Below, in pieces: positions 40,589 to 50,300 of a DNA stretch of 64,000 nt. How positions within the stretch are numbered: the first letter of the stretch is position 1; each line of letters opens with the position of its first letter. The notes under the pieces are model-generated. The model made no database searches. It worked only from the letters and a program-made list of their open reading frames with translations, and was not told the origin of the DNA. The stretch covers positions 704,001 through 768,000 of the forward strand of contig CAWHHI010000004.1 of the NCBI GenBank assembly GCA_963829055.1, given 5' to 3'. The translations under genes and the position numbers were made by a program. The DNA comes from an uncultured Gemmatimonadaceae bacterium. Lineage in GTDB: Bacteria > Gemmatimonadota > Gemmatimonadetes > Gemmatimonadales > Gemmatimonadaceae.

Positions 40589-41946
40589 TGTCGTCCGTTC
40601 TCATCGTCGATGACGAGCGTCCCATCACCGACGCGTTCGCGGCGTTCTTCGAGCGTCACGGGAATCACACCGTGACGTGCGCGTACACGGGCGCGGATGC
40701 GATCGCCGCGTTCGAGGCATCGCGCCCGGATCTCGTACTGCTCGACCTGCGGCTTCCGGACATGACCGGCTTCGACGTGTACGCGCGCATTCGCGAGCAC
40801 TCGCCGGCGGTGATCATGATCAGTGGCCACGGCGACATTCCGCTCGCGGTGCAGGCGCTGCAGAGTGGGGCGGAGAACTTTCTGACAAAGCCCGTGGAGC
40901 TGCCGCACCTCGAGGTGGCGGCAGAACGGGCATTCGAGAAAGTTCGCCTGCGACAGCTGAATCAGTACCTCAGCGAGCGCAGAAGCGGTGGCGTTGCCGC
41001 AACGTTCGCGTTGGGCAGGTCGCCAGTGATGCGCGACCTCTCGGCGCAGGTGGAACTGCTCGCGGCGAGCGATCGCACCACCGTGCTGCTGCTCGGCGAG
41101 AGCGGAGCGGGCAAGGGGCGCGTGGCCGAGTTGATCCATGCGCACAGTCCGCGTCGGACGCAGGCGTTCGTCGAGGTGAACTGTGCGGCGCTCACGGCGG
41201 ACGCGCTCGACGTGACGCTCTTCGGCCAGGACACGGTCACGCACGGCGCTGGCGGAGAATCACGCGCGGGACTGTTCGAGGTCGCCGCTGGCGGCACGTT
41301 GTTTCTGGATGAAATCGGCGAGGTCGGGACGCACCTGCAGGCGCGCCTGCTTCGCGTGCTCGAGGGCAAGGCGTCGCGACGGGTTGGAGGAACGCGCGAG
41401 ATCGCGGCCAACGTGCGCATCATCGCGGCGACGAATCGCGATCTCGTCACCGAGGTGAACGAGGGTCGGTTCCGCGAGGATCTGTACTACCGGCTCAGCG
41501 TGATGCCTCTGTACCTTCCTCCGCTCCGTGCCCGGTCGCGTGAAGATCTCGTCGAGCTCATCGGGCGCATCGTGGATGACCTCCGGCCGCACCTCCCGGC
41601 GGCGCCGCACGCTATCAGCGATGAAGCACTCGATCGACTGCTGCGCCACGCGTGGCCTGGGAACATTCGCGAGCTACGGAACGTGCTCGAGCGCGCGATG
41701 ATCGTCGGGCGAGGGATGGAGCACATCGATGCCCAGCATCTGCCGGCGGAGGTTCGCGATTCGTCGGCGCCCAGCACCGACCATCACGTGCCACGCACGC
41801 TCGAGGAAATCGAGCGCTCTCACATCGAGCGAACGCTCAGGGCGCATAACGCGAATCGCACGCACGCGTCGCGCGAGCTGGGGATTTCCCGCGCGACGCT
41901 GATCAAGAAAATCAAGGAATACGGGATCACCTCGCGCGCCCGCTGA
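40588..41946 (+). CDS. NtrC-family response regulator (REC-AAA-Fis HTH) lacking GAFTGA
   Basis: GESGAGKG, LFLDEIG, FREDLYYRL, WPGNIREL, LGISRATL. Confidence 0.92.
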   Translation: MSSVLIVDDERPITDAFAAFFERHGNHTVTCAYTGADAIAAFEASRPDLVLLDLRLPDMTGFDVYARIREHSPAVIMISGHGDIPLAVQALQSGAENFLTKPVELPHLEVAAERAFEKVRLRQLNQYLSERRSGGVAATFALGRSPVMRDLSAQVELLAASDRTTVLLLGESGAGKGRVAELIHAHSPRRTQAFVEVNCAALTADALDVTLFGQDTVTHGAGGESRAGLFEVAAGGTLFLDEIGEVGTHLQARLLRVLEGKASRRVGGTREIAANVRIIAATNRDLVTEVNEGRFREDLYYRLSVMPLYLPPLRARSREDLVELIGRIVDDLRPHLPAAPHAISDEALDRLLRHAWPGNIRELRNVLERAMIVGRGMEHIDAQHLPAEVRDSSAPSTDHHVPRTLEEIERSHIERTLRAHNANRTHASRELGISRATLIKKIKEYGITSRAR

Positions 41947-41973
41947 CGGCGCGCGCAATTCTGGGGGAACGAG

Positions 41974-42171
41974 ATGGCCGAGCTGCGCGAGCGAGACGCC
42001 ATGGTGTGCCGGGCGTGCAGGAAGGAGGAGCGCGCGTCGGAGGGCTACCCGTGCTCCGACTGTGGTCGCTTCATCTGCAACATGTGCAACATGCGCGGCG
42101 TGCTCCGGTGTGAGGACTGCGCACAGCCCGCGGGCGCGTCGGCGGTGAAGGCTCCCGCAACCGGCGCGTGA
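41974..42171 (+). CDS. Small Cys-rich putative double zinc-finger protein (65 aa)
   Basis: Four CxxC pairs (CRAC, CSDC, CNMC, CEDC); GTGA overlap with the next gene. Confidence 0.7.
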   Translation: MAELRERDAMVCRACRKEERASEGYPCSDCGRFICNMCNMRGVLRCEDCAQPAGASAVKAPATGA

Positions 42172-43160
42172 GCGATCCTATGAGCGCCGACCTGTCCGCG
42201 CTCGGAATCGCTGTTGGCCACGCCACAGACTACGACGGTGCCACCGGGATCACCGTCGTGCGCGGCGTGGATCGCGCGTTCCGATGCGCTGCCGCGGTGA
42301 TCGGTCGGGCGACAGGTACTCGTGAGCTGCATGCCGCCTCGCCGTTCCACCTCGTCGATCGCGTCGACGCCGTCGTGCTCACCGGCGGCTCCGCGTACGG
42401 GCTCGATGCGACAGCCGGCGCGATGCGGTGGATGGAGGCGCGCGGCCGTGGCCATCCGGTCGGCGGGGGCGCCGGTGTGGTGCCCATCATCCCCGCGGCG
42501 GTGATCTTCGACCTGGTCCCGTTAGGCAGCTTCGCGGCGCGGCCGAGCGCGGCCATGGCGTACGAGGCGTGCGACGCCGCGACGTCCTCGGGGATCGCGG
42601 AAGGCAGCGTCGGCGCCGGAACGGGCGCGACGGTCGGAAAGGCTGGCGGGATCGCCGGCGCCATGAAAGGCGGCGTGGGCATCGGCATGGCGTCAGCAGG
42701 CGGCGTCACGGCTGCCGCCGTGGCGGTGGTCAACGCGCTCGGCGACGTCCGCGACGCGAGCGGCAGCATCATTGCTGGCGCGCGCGATGCGAACGGACGA
42801 TTTCTCGACGGCGCGCGGCTGGTCTCCGAAGGGGGCGTGCAGCGAAGGTTCGCGGACACAGCGCTGCAGAACACGACGATCGCCGTCGTCGCGACGAGCG
42901 CGTGTCTCGCGCGCGTCGAGCTTTCACAGCTCGCGCAAGCCAGCTCCGCCGCGCTCTACAGGCGTATCACGCCCACGGGCACGAGCTTCGACGGCGACGT
43001 GATCTTCGCCATTGGTCCACTCGAAGGTCCCACGGCGCCAGCGCCGCAGGTGGAAGGGTTGGCGGTTGCTGCACTGGAGCAGGCGGTGGAGCGCGCCGTT
43101 CGACTCGCGGTCGGCCGCGACGGGATTCCCGGGTTGGCGGACGGCATAGACGGGCGATGA
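42168..43160 (+). CDS. DmpA/peptidase S58 (P1) family aminopeptidase
   Basis: VGHATD, GTRE, GGSAYGL, EGSVGAGTGATVG, QNTT, DGDVIF. Confidence 0.9.
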   Translation: MSDPMSADLSALGIAVGHATDYDGATGITVVRGVDRAFRCAAAVIGRATGTRELHAASPFHLVDRVDAVVLTGGSAYGLDATAGAMRWMEARGRGHPVGGGAGVVPIIPAAVIFDLVPLGSFAARPSAAMAYEACDAATSSGIAEGSVGAGTGATVGKAGGIAGAMKGGVGIGMASAGGVTAAAVAVVNALGDVRDASGSIIAGARDANGRFLDGARLVSEGGVQRRFADTALQNTTIAVVATSACLARVELSQLAQASSAALYRRITPTGTSFDGDVIFAIGPLEGPTAPAPQVEGLAVAALEQAVERAVRLAVGRDGIPGLADGIDGR

Positions 43161-43919
43161 CTGACGTCGCCATCGTTCGGGCGGCGATCGCGCCGATGCA
43201 TGCAGAGGCTCGCGTGTCCAGCGCTCAGATCTCGCAGCGATTGGCCGGTCACGCGGTCACGGTGAAGTTCACCGAAGGCGACTGGATGCGCGTGTTCGGC
43301 GAAGACGGCTACGAGGGCTGGATGCATCGCGGCTACGTCCACTTCGCGACCGACACGCCGGTCTCGCCCGACGACCGCCGTCTCTCGCTCGGATGCGTCG
43401 TTCGTGATCGCGAGCGAGGCTGGTCGCGAGCGCTCCCGTTAGGCGCCTGGCTCAGCTCGAGCGAGACCGTCGTCACGGGCTACGCGCTCGAGCCGCGTGG
43501 GACGCACCGCTGCCTTGCCGCGCGACGCATCGTCGGTTGCCACGACCGCGGTCGAGCGCTTCGCTGGCACGCCATATCAGTGGGGCGGTGTCACGCCGTG
43601 GGGCGCCGACTGCTCGGGGATCGTGCAGACCGCGTTCTGGCTGCACGGTGTGATACTTCCGCGCGACGCGTGGCAGCAGGCGGAGGTGGGTCGCGCGGCG
43701 GGGAGTGACATGTCGCGCTGGGATGCTGGCGATCTGCTGTTCTTCAGCGAACGGGCAGACGGGCGCATCACGCACGTCGGGATCGCGCTCGGCGGCGGCC
43801 GCATGGTGCACCTGGCCCTCGGTCGCGGCGGCTATGCCGTGGAGCAACTCGACCTTCACGACGACGCCTACGTGACGTCGCTCATGTCGCGCTTCGTCAC
43901 GGCGCGCCGCGTGATCTGA
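43157..43919 (+). CDS. SH3b + NlpC/P60 (C40) peptidase, YkfC-like; frameshift near 43498
   Basis: N-part DWMRV..DGYEGWMH; C-part GTPYQWGG..GADCSG, LPRDA, GDLLFF, THVGI, MVH. Confidence 0.87.
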
Positions 43920-43962
43920 CCATCGCCCTGGCCTCACGATCGACGTCGCGAGGCTGGCTCTG

Positions 43963-44394
43963 TCAGCTCACCATGCCGCTCGGCGGCAGGACCGGCGCGC
44001 CCATACGCACCTGTAGCCGCGCGCTCGCGTGCAGCTGGTCGTCGAGCGCGATCTGCATGGTGTAGCCGCCGACTTGATCGAGCGGCAGGTCGATGGCGGC
44101 GATGAGCGGCAGATCCATCTCGGTCGGGATCTGCTGAGGAGGCGCGGCGGCTCCGACGTCGAGCTCGCCGAGTGACGACCAGAGCTCGGTGCCGGATGGG
44201 TTGAGCCAGCGGAGCGACACGGTATGGCGGCCGATGTCGGAGCTGGAACCCTTGAGGCGCAGCACCAGCGTGGCGCGCGGGTGCACCGTGGGCATGGTCG
44301 CAACCTGAACGGCATCGAACACGCCCAGGATGTTGAGCTTTCCTTCTTGCGACAGATTTGCCGCGTCGGCGAACAGCGCAAATGAAACGTGCAT
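43963..44394 (-). CDS. Conserved hypothetical protein (DUF6941-like beta-sandwich)
   Basis: ALFADAANLSQEGKLNILGVFD; TAGCTT-N6-ATG start. Confidence 0.75.
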   Translation of the reverse strand: MHVSFALFADAANLSQEGKLNILGVFDAVQVATMPTVHPRATLVLRLKGSSSDIGRHTVSLRWLNPSGTELWSSLGELDVGAAAPPQQIPTEMDLPLIAAIDLPLDQVGGYTMQIALDDQLHASARLQVRMGAPVLPPSGMVS

Positions 44395-44424
44395 CGTGAC
44401 AAGCTAAGCTAGAATCGACGTTTC

Positions 44425-44562
44425 GGGACTGGGGACTTGGGGACTGGCAACAGCGCTGGTGGCTGGGTGGTCGTGCTGGTTGCTGGGTGACGCTGAGTGC
44501 AGGCCGATAGTGCCAGCGAGCCTGGATGGCAATCGAGTGCGACCGAGCGACGGCTGATGGCC
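44425..44562 (+). repeat. Composite heptamer element: (GGGGACT)n, GCTGGGT core, GGCTGAT
   Basis: 44455-44495 matches 51189-51229 with 3 mismatches in 41 nt. Confidence 0.85.
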
Positions 44563-44589
44563 CGGCCAATCGGCTGTTAGCTTTGGCGC

Positions 44590-45507
44590 ATGCCGGCGAC
44601 CGCCAATTCCGTTGCGACGCCCGGCCGCAGCTCCACGCGGCCGGGCGATTTTGTCACTGACTCGTTGCTCGTCGCGATGGCCGCCATCTGGGCCATCAAC
44701 TACACCGTCGCCAAGTACGGCACCCGGACCGTGCCACCCCTGGCGTACAACGCCGTCCGCATCGTCATGGCGACGGTCGCGCTGCTCGTCATCGGGCGAT
44801 TCCGGTCGCGCGAACAGCCCGTGCGCCGGGACATCATCGCGCTGCTCGTGATCGGCGTCCTCGGCAACGGGCTGTACCAGTTCTGCTTCATCGAAGGGCT
44901 CGCCCGCAGTCGCGCCGGCACCGTGGCGCTCATGCTCGCCGGATCACCCGCCTTCGTCGCCATTGTCGGGCGCCTGTTTCGCGTCGAACGTGTGAACGCT
45001 CGCGGATGGGCGGGCATCGCACTCCAGCTCGTCGGTATCGCGTTCGTGGTGTTCGGCTCGGTCATGCACACCAGCGGTGACGATACCTTGATCGGTAGCG
45101 CGTTCATCGTCGCCGGGTCACTCTGCTGGGCCTTCTTCGCGATTCTCATCAAGCCGTACACCGAGCGCCTCTCGGGCATCGACGTCGGCGCCTACAGCCT
45201 CGCCGGCGGCGCGCTGTTCGTGACGCTGGTTGGCATCCCGAGCATCGTGGCGACGGATTGGCGTGCGGTCACGACGCCCGTGTGGGGTGCCATCGTGTAC
45301 AGCGGCATCGGCGCGCTGGTCGTCGGAAACCTCATCTGGTACCACGGCGTGAGCCGTATCGGCCCGACCCGCGTCTCGATGTTCAGCAACCTCCAGCCAC
45401 TCGTCGCTCTCGCCGTCGCGTGGATCGTGCTGGGAGAGGTCCCAACGATCTGGCAGGGCCTCGGGGCCGGCAGCATCATGACGGGCCTCGTCATCACTCG
45501 AACCTGA
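44590..45507 (+). CDS. DMT/EamA-family transporter
   Basis: Ten hydrophobic helices in two EamA repeats; SNLQPLVA...LGE. Confidence 0.9.
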   Translation: MPATANSVATPGRSSTRPGDFVTDSLLVAMAAIWAINYTVAKYGTRTVPPLAYNAVRIVMATVALLVIGRFRSREQPVRRDIIALLVIGVLGNGLYQFCFIEGLARSRAGTVALMLAGSPAFVAIVGRLFRVERVNARGWAGIALQLVGIAFVVFGSVMHTSGDDTLIGSAFIVAGSLCWAFFAILIKPYTERLSGIDVGAYSLAGGALFVTLVGIPSIVATDWRAVTTPVWGAIVYSGIGALVVGNLIWYHGVSRIGPTRVSMFSNLQPLVALAVAWIVLGEVPTIWQGLGAGSIMTGLVITRT

Positions 45508-45517
45508 ATTCGTCGTC

Positions 45518-46210
45518 GTGAAGCTCGTTCTGTTCGACATCGATGGAACCATTCTCTGGAGCGACGGCGCTGGCCGACGCGCGATGCAGCGCGCCCTCAC
45601 GACAGCCTTCGGCTCGTCCGGGTCCCCGGAGTATCGCTACGACGGAAAAACGGACCGGCAGATCGTGCGCGACCTCATGCGCGCTGAGGGACACGCCGAT
45701 GATCTGATCGACGGGCGCATGCAGACACTGCTCGACGACTATGTCACCGGGCTCCACGAGGAGCTGCGCACGGGTACGTCGATCGTGAAGCGGTTCGACG
45801 GGGTGCTCGAGCTGCTCGATGCGCTCGAGGCCCGCGACGACCGCCGCATCGGATTGCTGACCGGCAACATTGAGGTCGGTGCGAACGCCAAGCTGCGAGC
45901 GGTCGGCATCGACCCGACACGCTTCACCGTGTCGGCGTTCGGGTCGGACCACGAGATCCGGGGCGAATTGCCTGGCATCGCCCAGCGTCGGGCTCGCGAG
46001 CAGCTCGGGCTTCACGTCGAAGGCGACGCCATCGTGATCATCGGCGACACTCCGGCCGACATTGACTGCACCCGAGGCATCGGCGCGCGCGCCATTGCGG
46101 TCGCGACGGGTCGCTATTCCGTGGACGATCTGGCCGAGCACAGTCCGGTCGCGGTGTTCGCGGATCTGCGCGACACCGATGCCGTCATGCGCGCCATCGA
46201 TGCCGCGTGA
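45518..46210 (+). CDS. HAD-family hydrolase (phosphoglycolate phosphatase-like)
   Basis: LFDIDGT, LLTGN, IIGDTPAD. Confidence 0.9.
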   Translation: MKLVLFDIDGTILWSDGAGRRAMQRALTTAFGSSGSPEYRYDGKTDRQIVRDLMRAEGHADDLIDGRMQTLLDDYVTGLHEELRTGTSIVKRFDGVLELLDALEARDDRRIGLLTGNIEVGANAKLRAVGIDPTRFTVSAFGSDHEIRGELPGIAQRRAREQLGLHVEGDAIVIIGDTPADIDCTRGIGARAIAVATGRYSVDDLAEHSPVAVFADLRDTDAVMRAIDAA

Positions 46211-46211
46211 G

Positions 46212-46808
46212 ATGATGGTTCGCGAGGTCGAGCTCAAGAGCGTCGTCGACGACGTGGCGACGCGCCGTCGCCGCATCGAAGCGGCCGGTGCGCAGATGAC
46301 GTTCGACGGACGCCTCGAGGATCGCCGCTACGACACCGCGGACCGCCGCCTGAGCGCCGCCGACGAGGTGCTGCGTTTGCGCGCCTACAGCGACGGTCAC
46401 GGCGTGCGGGCCGCGCTCGAGTGGAAGGGACCCACCCGCCAGGAGGATGGGTACAAGGTTCGTGATGAGCTCAGCACAAACGCCAGCGACTCCACGACGC
46501 TCGCGGCCATCCTCGAGCGGCTCGGCTACTCCGTCATCGGGGAGATCGACCGCCACGTGATCCAGTACGCGCTGGATCACGCCGTGGTCCGCTTCGAGCA
46601 GTATCCGCGAATGGACGCGCTCGTGGAAGTCGAAGGGCCGCCGCCCGCGATCGAACACGCCATCTCGGCGTTAGGCATGCGGCGCGACGCGTTCACCGCG
46701 GAGCGTTTGCTGGCGTTCGTCGATCGCTACGAGGCCCGAACCGGGCTGCGCGCCGCCTTGAGCGATCGCCAGCTCGCGAGCGACAACAGAGCACCGACCG
46801 ATGTCTGA
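46212..46808 (+). CDS. CYTH domain protein (class IV adenylate cyclase/triphosphatase-like)
   Basis: EVELK (ExExK), YD, LRLR, WKGP, KVRDE, VEVEG. Confidence 0.85.
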   Translation: MMVREVELKSVVDDVATRRRRIEAAGAQMTFDGRLEDRRYDTADRRLSAADEVLRLRAYSDGHGVRAALEWKGPTRQEDGYKVRDELSTNASDSTTLAAILERLGYSVIGEIDRHVIQYALDHAVVRFEQYPRMDALVEVEGPPPAIEHAISALGMRRDAFTAERLLAFVDRYEARTGLRAALSDRQLASDNRAPTDV

Positions 46809-47548
46809 TATCCCCCGCATTCCCGTTCGCGTCCGCGGCACCATCCGTGGACTCGCCGTCGATGCCGATGGCGCCGTTCGCCTGGCCGACGAGGTGGTAT
46901 TGATCCACGTCGATGATCGCGAGCATTCGACGCGAGTGGAACGCGTGGACGGCGTCGTGTGGGACATGCCGGTACTGACGCTGCACGTGGCCCGCGAGAC
47001 CGTCGAGCTCAGCGGACACGCGGCACTGCAGTCGCTCGGCACGACAGATCATCACATCCGCGCTCGCACTTCCCGAGCTCACACGGACGATGCACGGCCT
47101 CGGATCTCGTCGCGGACAACCCGGTGCCGATCACGATCGGTTCTTCGCGGGATTGCTCGCCGCCCGGCGCGCCGCGGAAGGCTTTGTCGAACCCGAATCG
47201 CGTCTTGCCGCCTTCGACGCAAGCCGTCTGTCTCAGATGCTCACCACGCTACTCGGCGAGCTCGCCGCGGAGCGCTTTCCGTCGAGCGCTCCCGACCGTC
47301 GCGCGCTCGAGGCAGAGCTGCTCGATCACGGTGAGCGCGTGTACATGGCGCTGGACGCGTTAGGCGAAGCGGCGCAGCAGGTGCGCGAGAGCGCGAACGC
47401 GGTACGCCTCGCGAGCTGGCGCGAATGGACACGTGCGGCCCAACGCGTATTCGAGGCTGCCGACCGCAGTTGGATCGCAATGCTCCCCGCGCTGGCTGCC
47501 GCGCCCGCACCGGTCGAGCGGCGGCGGTTCTGGCGTCGGCCAGCGTGA
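46801..47548 (+). CDS. Hypothetical protein; frameshift near 47042
   Basis: ORFs 46801.. and 47090..47548 join; overlaps with the CYTH gene and acpS suggest translational coupling. Confidence 0.6.
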
Positions 47549-47955
47549 TCGCCGGCATCGGCATCGACCTGGTCGACATTGCCCGGGTAGACCGGCTCCT
47601 CGACGCAAAGGGTGAACGTGCTCTCCGGCGCCTGTTCACCGCCGATGAGGTCTCCTATGCTCTGGCGCGGGCGCTTCCCGCACAGCACCTGGCTGCTCGA
47701 CTCGCCGCAAAGGAAGCCGCATTCAAGGCGCTCTCGGGAAACGCGCTGGCGCGGGGAATAGGCTGGAGGGAGATCGAGGTCATCCGAGGGGAGATCCGTC
47801 CGACACTCGCCCTGCATGGTCGCGCGGCGGAACGGGCGACCGAGCTCGGGGTGACGTCGATCTGGCTGTCGCTGACGCACAGCGCGACGACTGCCGGGGC
47901 AGTAGTGGTCCTGGAGGGTGATCCCTCGGCCAATGCCGTGACTCGTGCCGACTAG
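47545..47955 (+). CDS. acpS: Holo-ACP synthase
   Basis: GIGIDLVD, AARLAAKEAAFKAL, LSLTHS. Confidence 0.93.
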   Translation: MIAGIGIDLVDIARVDRLLDAKGERALRRLFTADEVSYALARALPAQHLAARLAAKEAAFKALSGNALARGIGWREIEVIRGEIRPTLALHGRAAERATELGVTSIWLSLTHSATTAGAVVVLEGDPSANAVTRAD

Positions 47956-47989
47956 CGCGGTTTTTGTATAGCCGATAATTTCACTCGGG

Positions 47990-50191
47990 ATGAAATCGCA
48001 AGCCATCTTCGCTGCGGCCTTCGCCGCGCTGATCGCCCTTGGTCCGACCCCGACGCTGGGAGCCCAGGAAGGGCCCGCGAAGCGGCTGTCGAGCATCGTC
48101 GGCGTGGCAGTGGAGGAATACGCGAAGGCGATCGATGCGAGGGGCAATCTCATCTCGGACATCGAGTACGACGAGGCGGTCTCCTTCCTCAAGGACGCGA
48201 AGGAAGTCGCTGCCCGTCTCAGCGGAGCTCGTGCTGCTTCGGCTCAGGCCGTGCTCGACTCACTCACCGCCGCCGTCACGGCGAAGCGCCCCCCGCAGGA
48301 CCTCGCTGGCTTGCACGAACGCTTTGCGGCGGCGCTCGGCACGGAAGGCGCCCTCGACATGCCGACGAAGGCGGTCAACCTCGCCGAAGGCAAGGCGATC
48401 TACGAACGCGCATGCGCGTCGTGTCACGGTTCCCTCGGTCGTGGCGATGGGCCAGCGGCCCGCGGAATGAGTCCTCCGCCGCCGGCGATCGGTACGCGCG
48501 AGGCCATGCACGACGTGTCTCCAGCGCTCATGTACCGGATCGTGTCGGTCGGTGTCGCTGGAACGCCCATGATCGGTTGGGCTGATCGACTCAGCGCCGA
48601 CGAGCGATGGAATACCGTCGCCTACATCAATTCGATGCGTGCCTCGCCTCAGCAGGTGGCCGAGGGTGAGGGGCTCTATACGCAGCGCTGCATCCAGTGC
48701 CATGGCGCGACTGGCTCGGACGACGGCACCGCGGTCGCGAGCCTATCGAAGCTGCCGCCCGAACTCGGCGGATTCGCCTGGCAGGCCGAGCGCAGCGACG
48801 CCGACATCGCGCGCGCGATTCGCGCGGGCGCCCCGGGCACGGCCATGCCCCCGTCGCGCGATCTGACCGACTCCGAGCTGACGACGATGGTCGCGTTCGT
48901 TCGAACGCTTACGAGCAAGCAGCCATCAGCTCAGGCTACCGCGGCGGGGACGCGAAACAAGGATGGAGTGGCAGCATCGCGTGAGGTCATGACGCTGCTG
49001 GACGAAGCGCTCGCGGCGGCGCGCGCAGGCAGGACGGCAGACGCCGGCGATCGCGCCTTCGATGCCTATATCGCATTCGAGCCGCTCGAGACGCCAGCCC
49101 GCGCCAAGAGTCCCGGTCTCGTCGCGAACATGGAGCGACAGTTCGCGGACTTCAAAGGCGCGGTCAAGTCGAGCGACGTTCGTCGCGCGGAACAGGCGCG
49201 GGATGCGATCACCGCTGGTCTGCCGACGATTCTCGATCTCGCCCGACCGACCACGGGCCCGTGGAGCGCGTTCCTGCAGTCGTTCCTGATCATTCTGCGC
49301 GAGGGGTTCGAGGCGATTCTCGTTGTCGGCGCAGTCGTCGCGTTCCTCCTCAAGACCGGACATCGCGAGCGCCTGCGTTCGATCTGGGCCGGCGTCGCGG
49401 CGGCGCTCGTGGCCAGCGCTGCAACGGCGGTCGTTCTCGCGACGGTGCTCAGCGCGATGCCGGCGTCGCGTGAGGTGATCGAGGGCGCGACGATGCTGAT
49501 CGCCGTCGCGGTGCTGTTCTCGGTGAGCTACTGGCTCATCTCGAAGGTGGAAGCGGCGAAGTGGCAGCAGTTCATCCGCGGCAAGGTGAACGCTGCGCTC
49601 GAACGCGGTGGCGGTACCGCGCTCGCATTCGTCGCGTTCCTCGCGGTCTACCGCGAGGGTGCCGAGACGGCGCTGTTCTACCAGGCGCTGTTCAACGAAG
49701 GGCTTGGCAACGGCCTCCCGATCGCGCTCGGAATTCTGGTCGGTTTCGGCGCGCTCGCCATCGTGTTCACGCTGTTCTACCGGTTCGGCGTGCGCATTCC
49801 GCTGCGCCCGTTCTTCGCCACCACGAGCGTGCTGCTGTACTACATGGCGTTCGTGTTCATGGGGAAGGGCATTCGCGAGCTGCAGGAGGGGAATCTCATG
49901 ACCATCACGGTCCTCCCGGGATTCCCGCATGTCGAAGCGCTCGGACTGTTCCCGAGCGTGGAAACATTGCTGGGCCAGGCGCTGCTGATCGCGCTGTTCA
50001 TCTTCGCGCTGGCCAAGACGTTCTGGCCTCGCAGAGCCGTGACGCTGCCGACGATCGAGCCCGCACCCGCTGGCGTTCAGCTCGACGAGCGGGTGGAGCA
50101 TCTGATCCAGCGCGTCAAGGAGCTCGAGGCAAGGCTCGCGCGCATGGAAGAAGAGCCGGAGCTGCAGGCGACCACCACCACGAAGCGGTAG
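47990..50191 (+). CDS. Di-heme cytochrome c / FTR1 (OFeT, PbrT-like) iron or lead permease fusion
   Basis: Signal peptide, CASCH and CIQCH, REGFE and REGAE motifs in a 7-TM domain. Confidence 0.9.
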   Translation: MKSQAIFAAAFAALIALGPTPTLGAQEGPAKRLSSIVGVAVEEYAKAIDARGNLISDIEYDEAVSFLKDAKEVAARLSGARAASAQAVLDSLTAAVTAKRPPQDLAGLHERFAAALGTEGALDMPTKAVNLAEGKAIYERACASCHGSLGRGDGPAARGMSPPPPAIGTREAMHDVSPALMYRIVSVGVAGTPMIGWADRLSADERWNTVAYINSMRASPQQVAEGEGLYTQRCIQCHGATGSDDGTAVASLSKLPPELGGFAWQAERSDADIARAIRAGAPGTAMPPSRDLTDSELTTMVAFVRTLTSKQPSAQATAAGTRNKDGVAASREVMTLLDEALAAARAGRTADAGDRAFDAYIAFEPLETPARAKSPGLVANMERQFADFKGAVKSSDVRRAEQARDAITAGLPTILDLARPTTGPWSAFLQSFLIILREGFEAILVVGAVVAFLLKTGHRERLRSIWAGVAAALVASAATAVVLATVLSAMPASREVIEGATMLIAVAVLFSVSYWLISKVEAAKWQQFIRGKVNAALERGGGTALAFVAFLAVYREGAETALFYQALFNEGLGNGLPIALGILVGFGALAIVFTLFYRFGVRIPLRPFFATTSVLLYYMAFVFMGKGIRELQEGNLMTITVLPGFPHVEALGLFPSVETLLGQALLIALFIFALAKTFWPRRAVTLPTIEPAPAGVQLDERVEHLIQRVKELEARLARMEEEPELQATTTTKR

Positions 50192-50226
50192 TCAGCTCCG
50201 GATCTACTGCTAGTGGAGCACGTTCG

Positions 50227-50284
50227 AGATGTTGAGAGCAGGCGATTCTGGCTATAGGGCCTGCCTCGCCTGCTCTCAACATCT
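50227..50284. repeat. Perfect 19-bp inverted repeat between convergent genes
   Basis: AGATGTTGAGAGCAGGCGA (50227-50245) and TCGCCTGCTCTCAACATCT (50266-50284), 20-nt loop. Confidence 0.9.
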
Positions 50285-50300
50285 GAAGCAGCAGCTCGTG

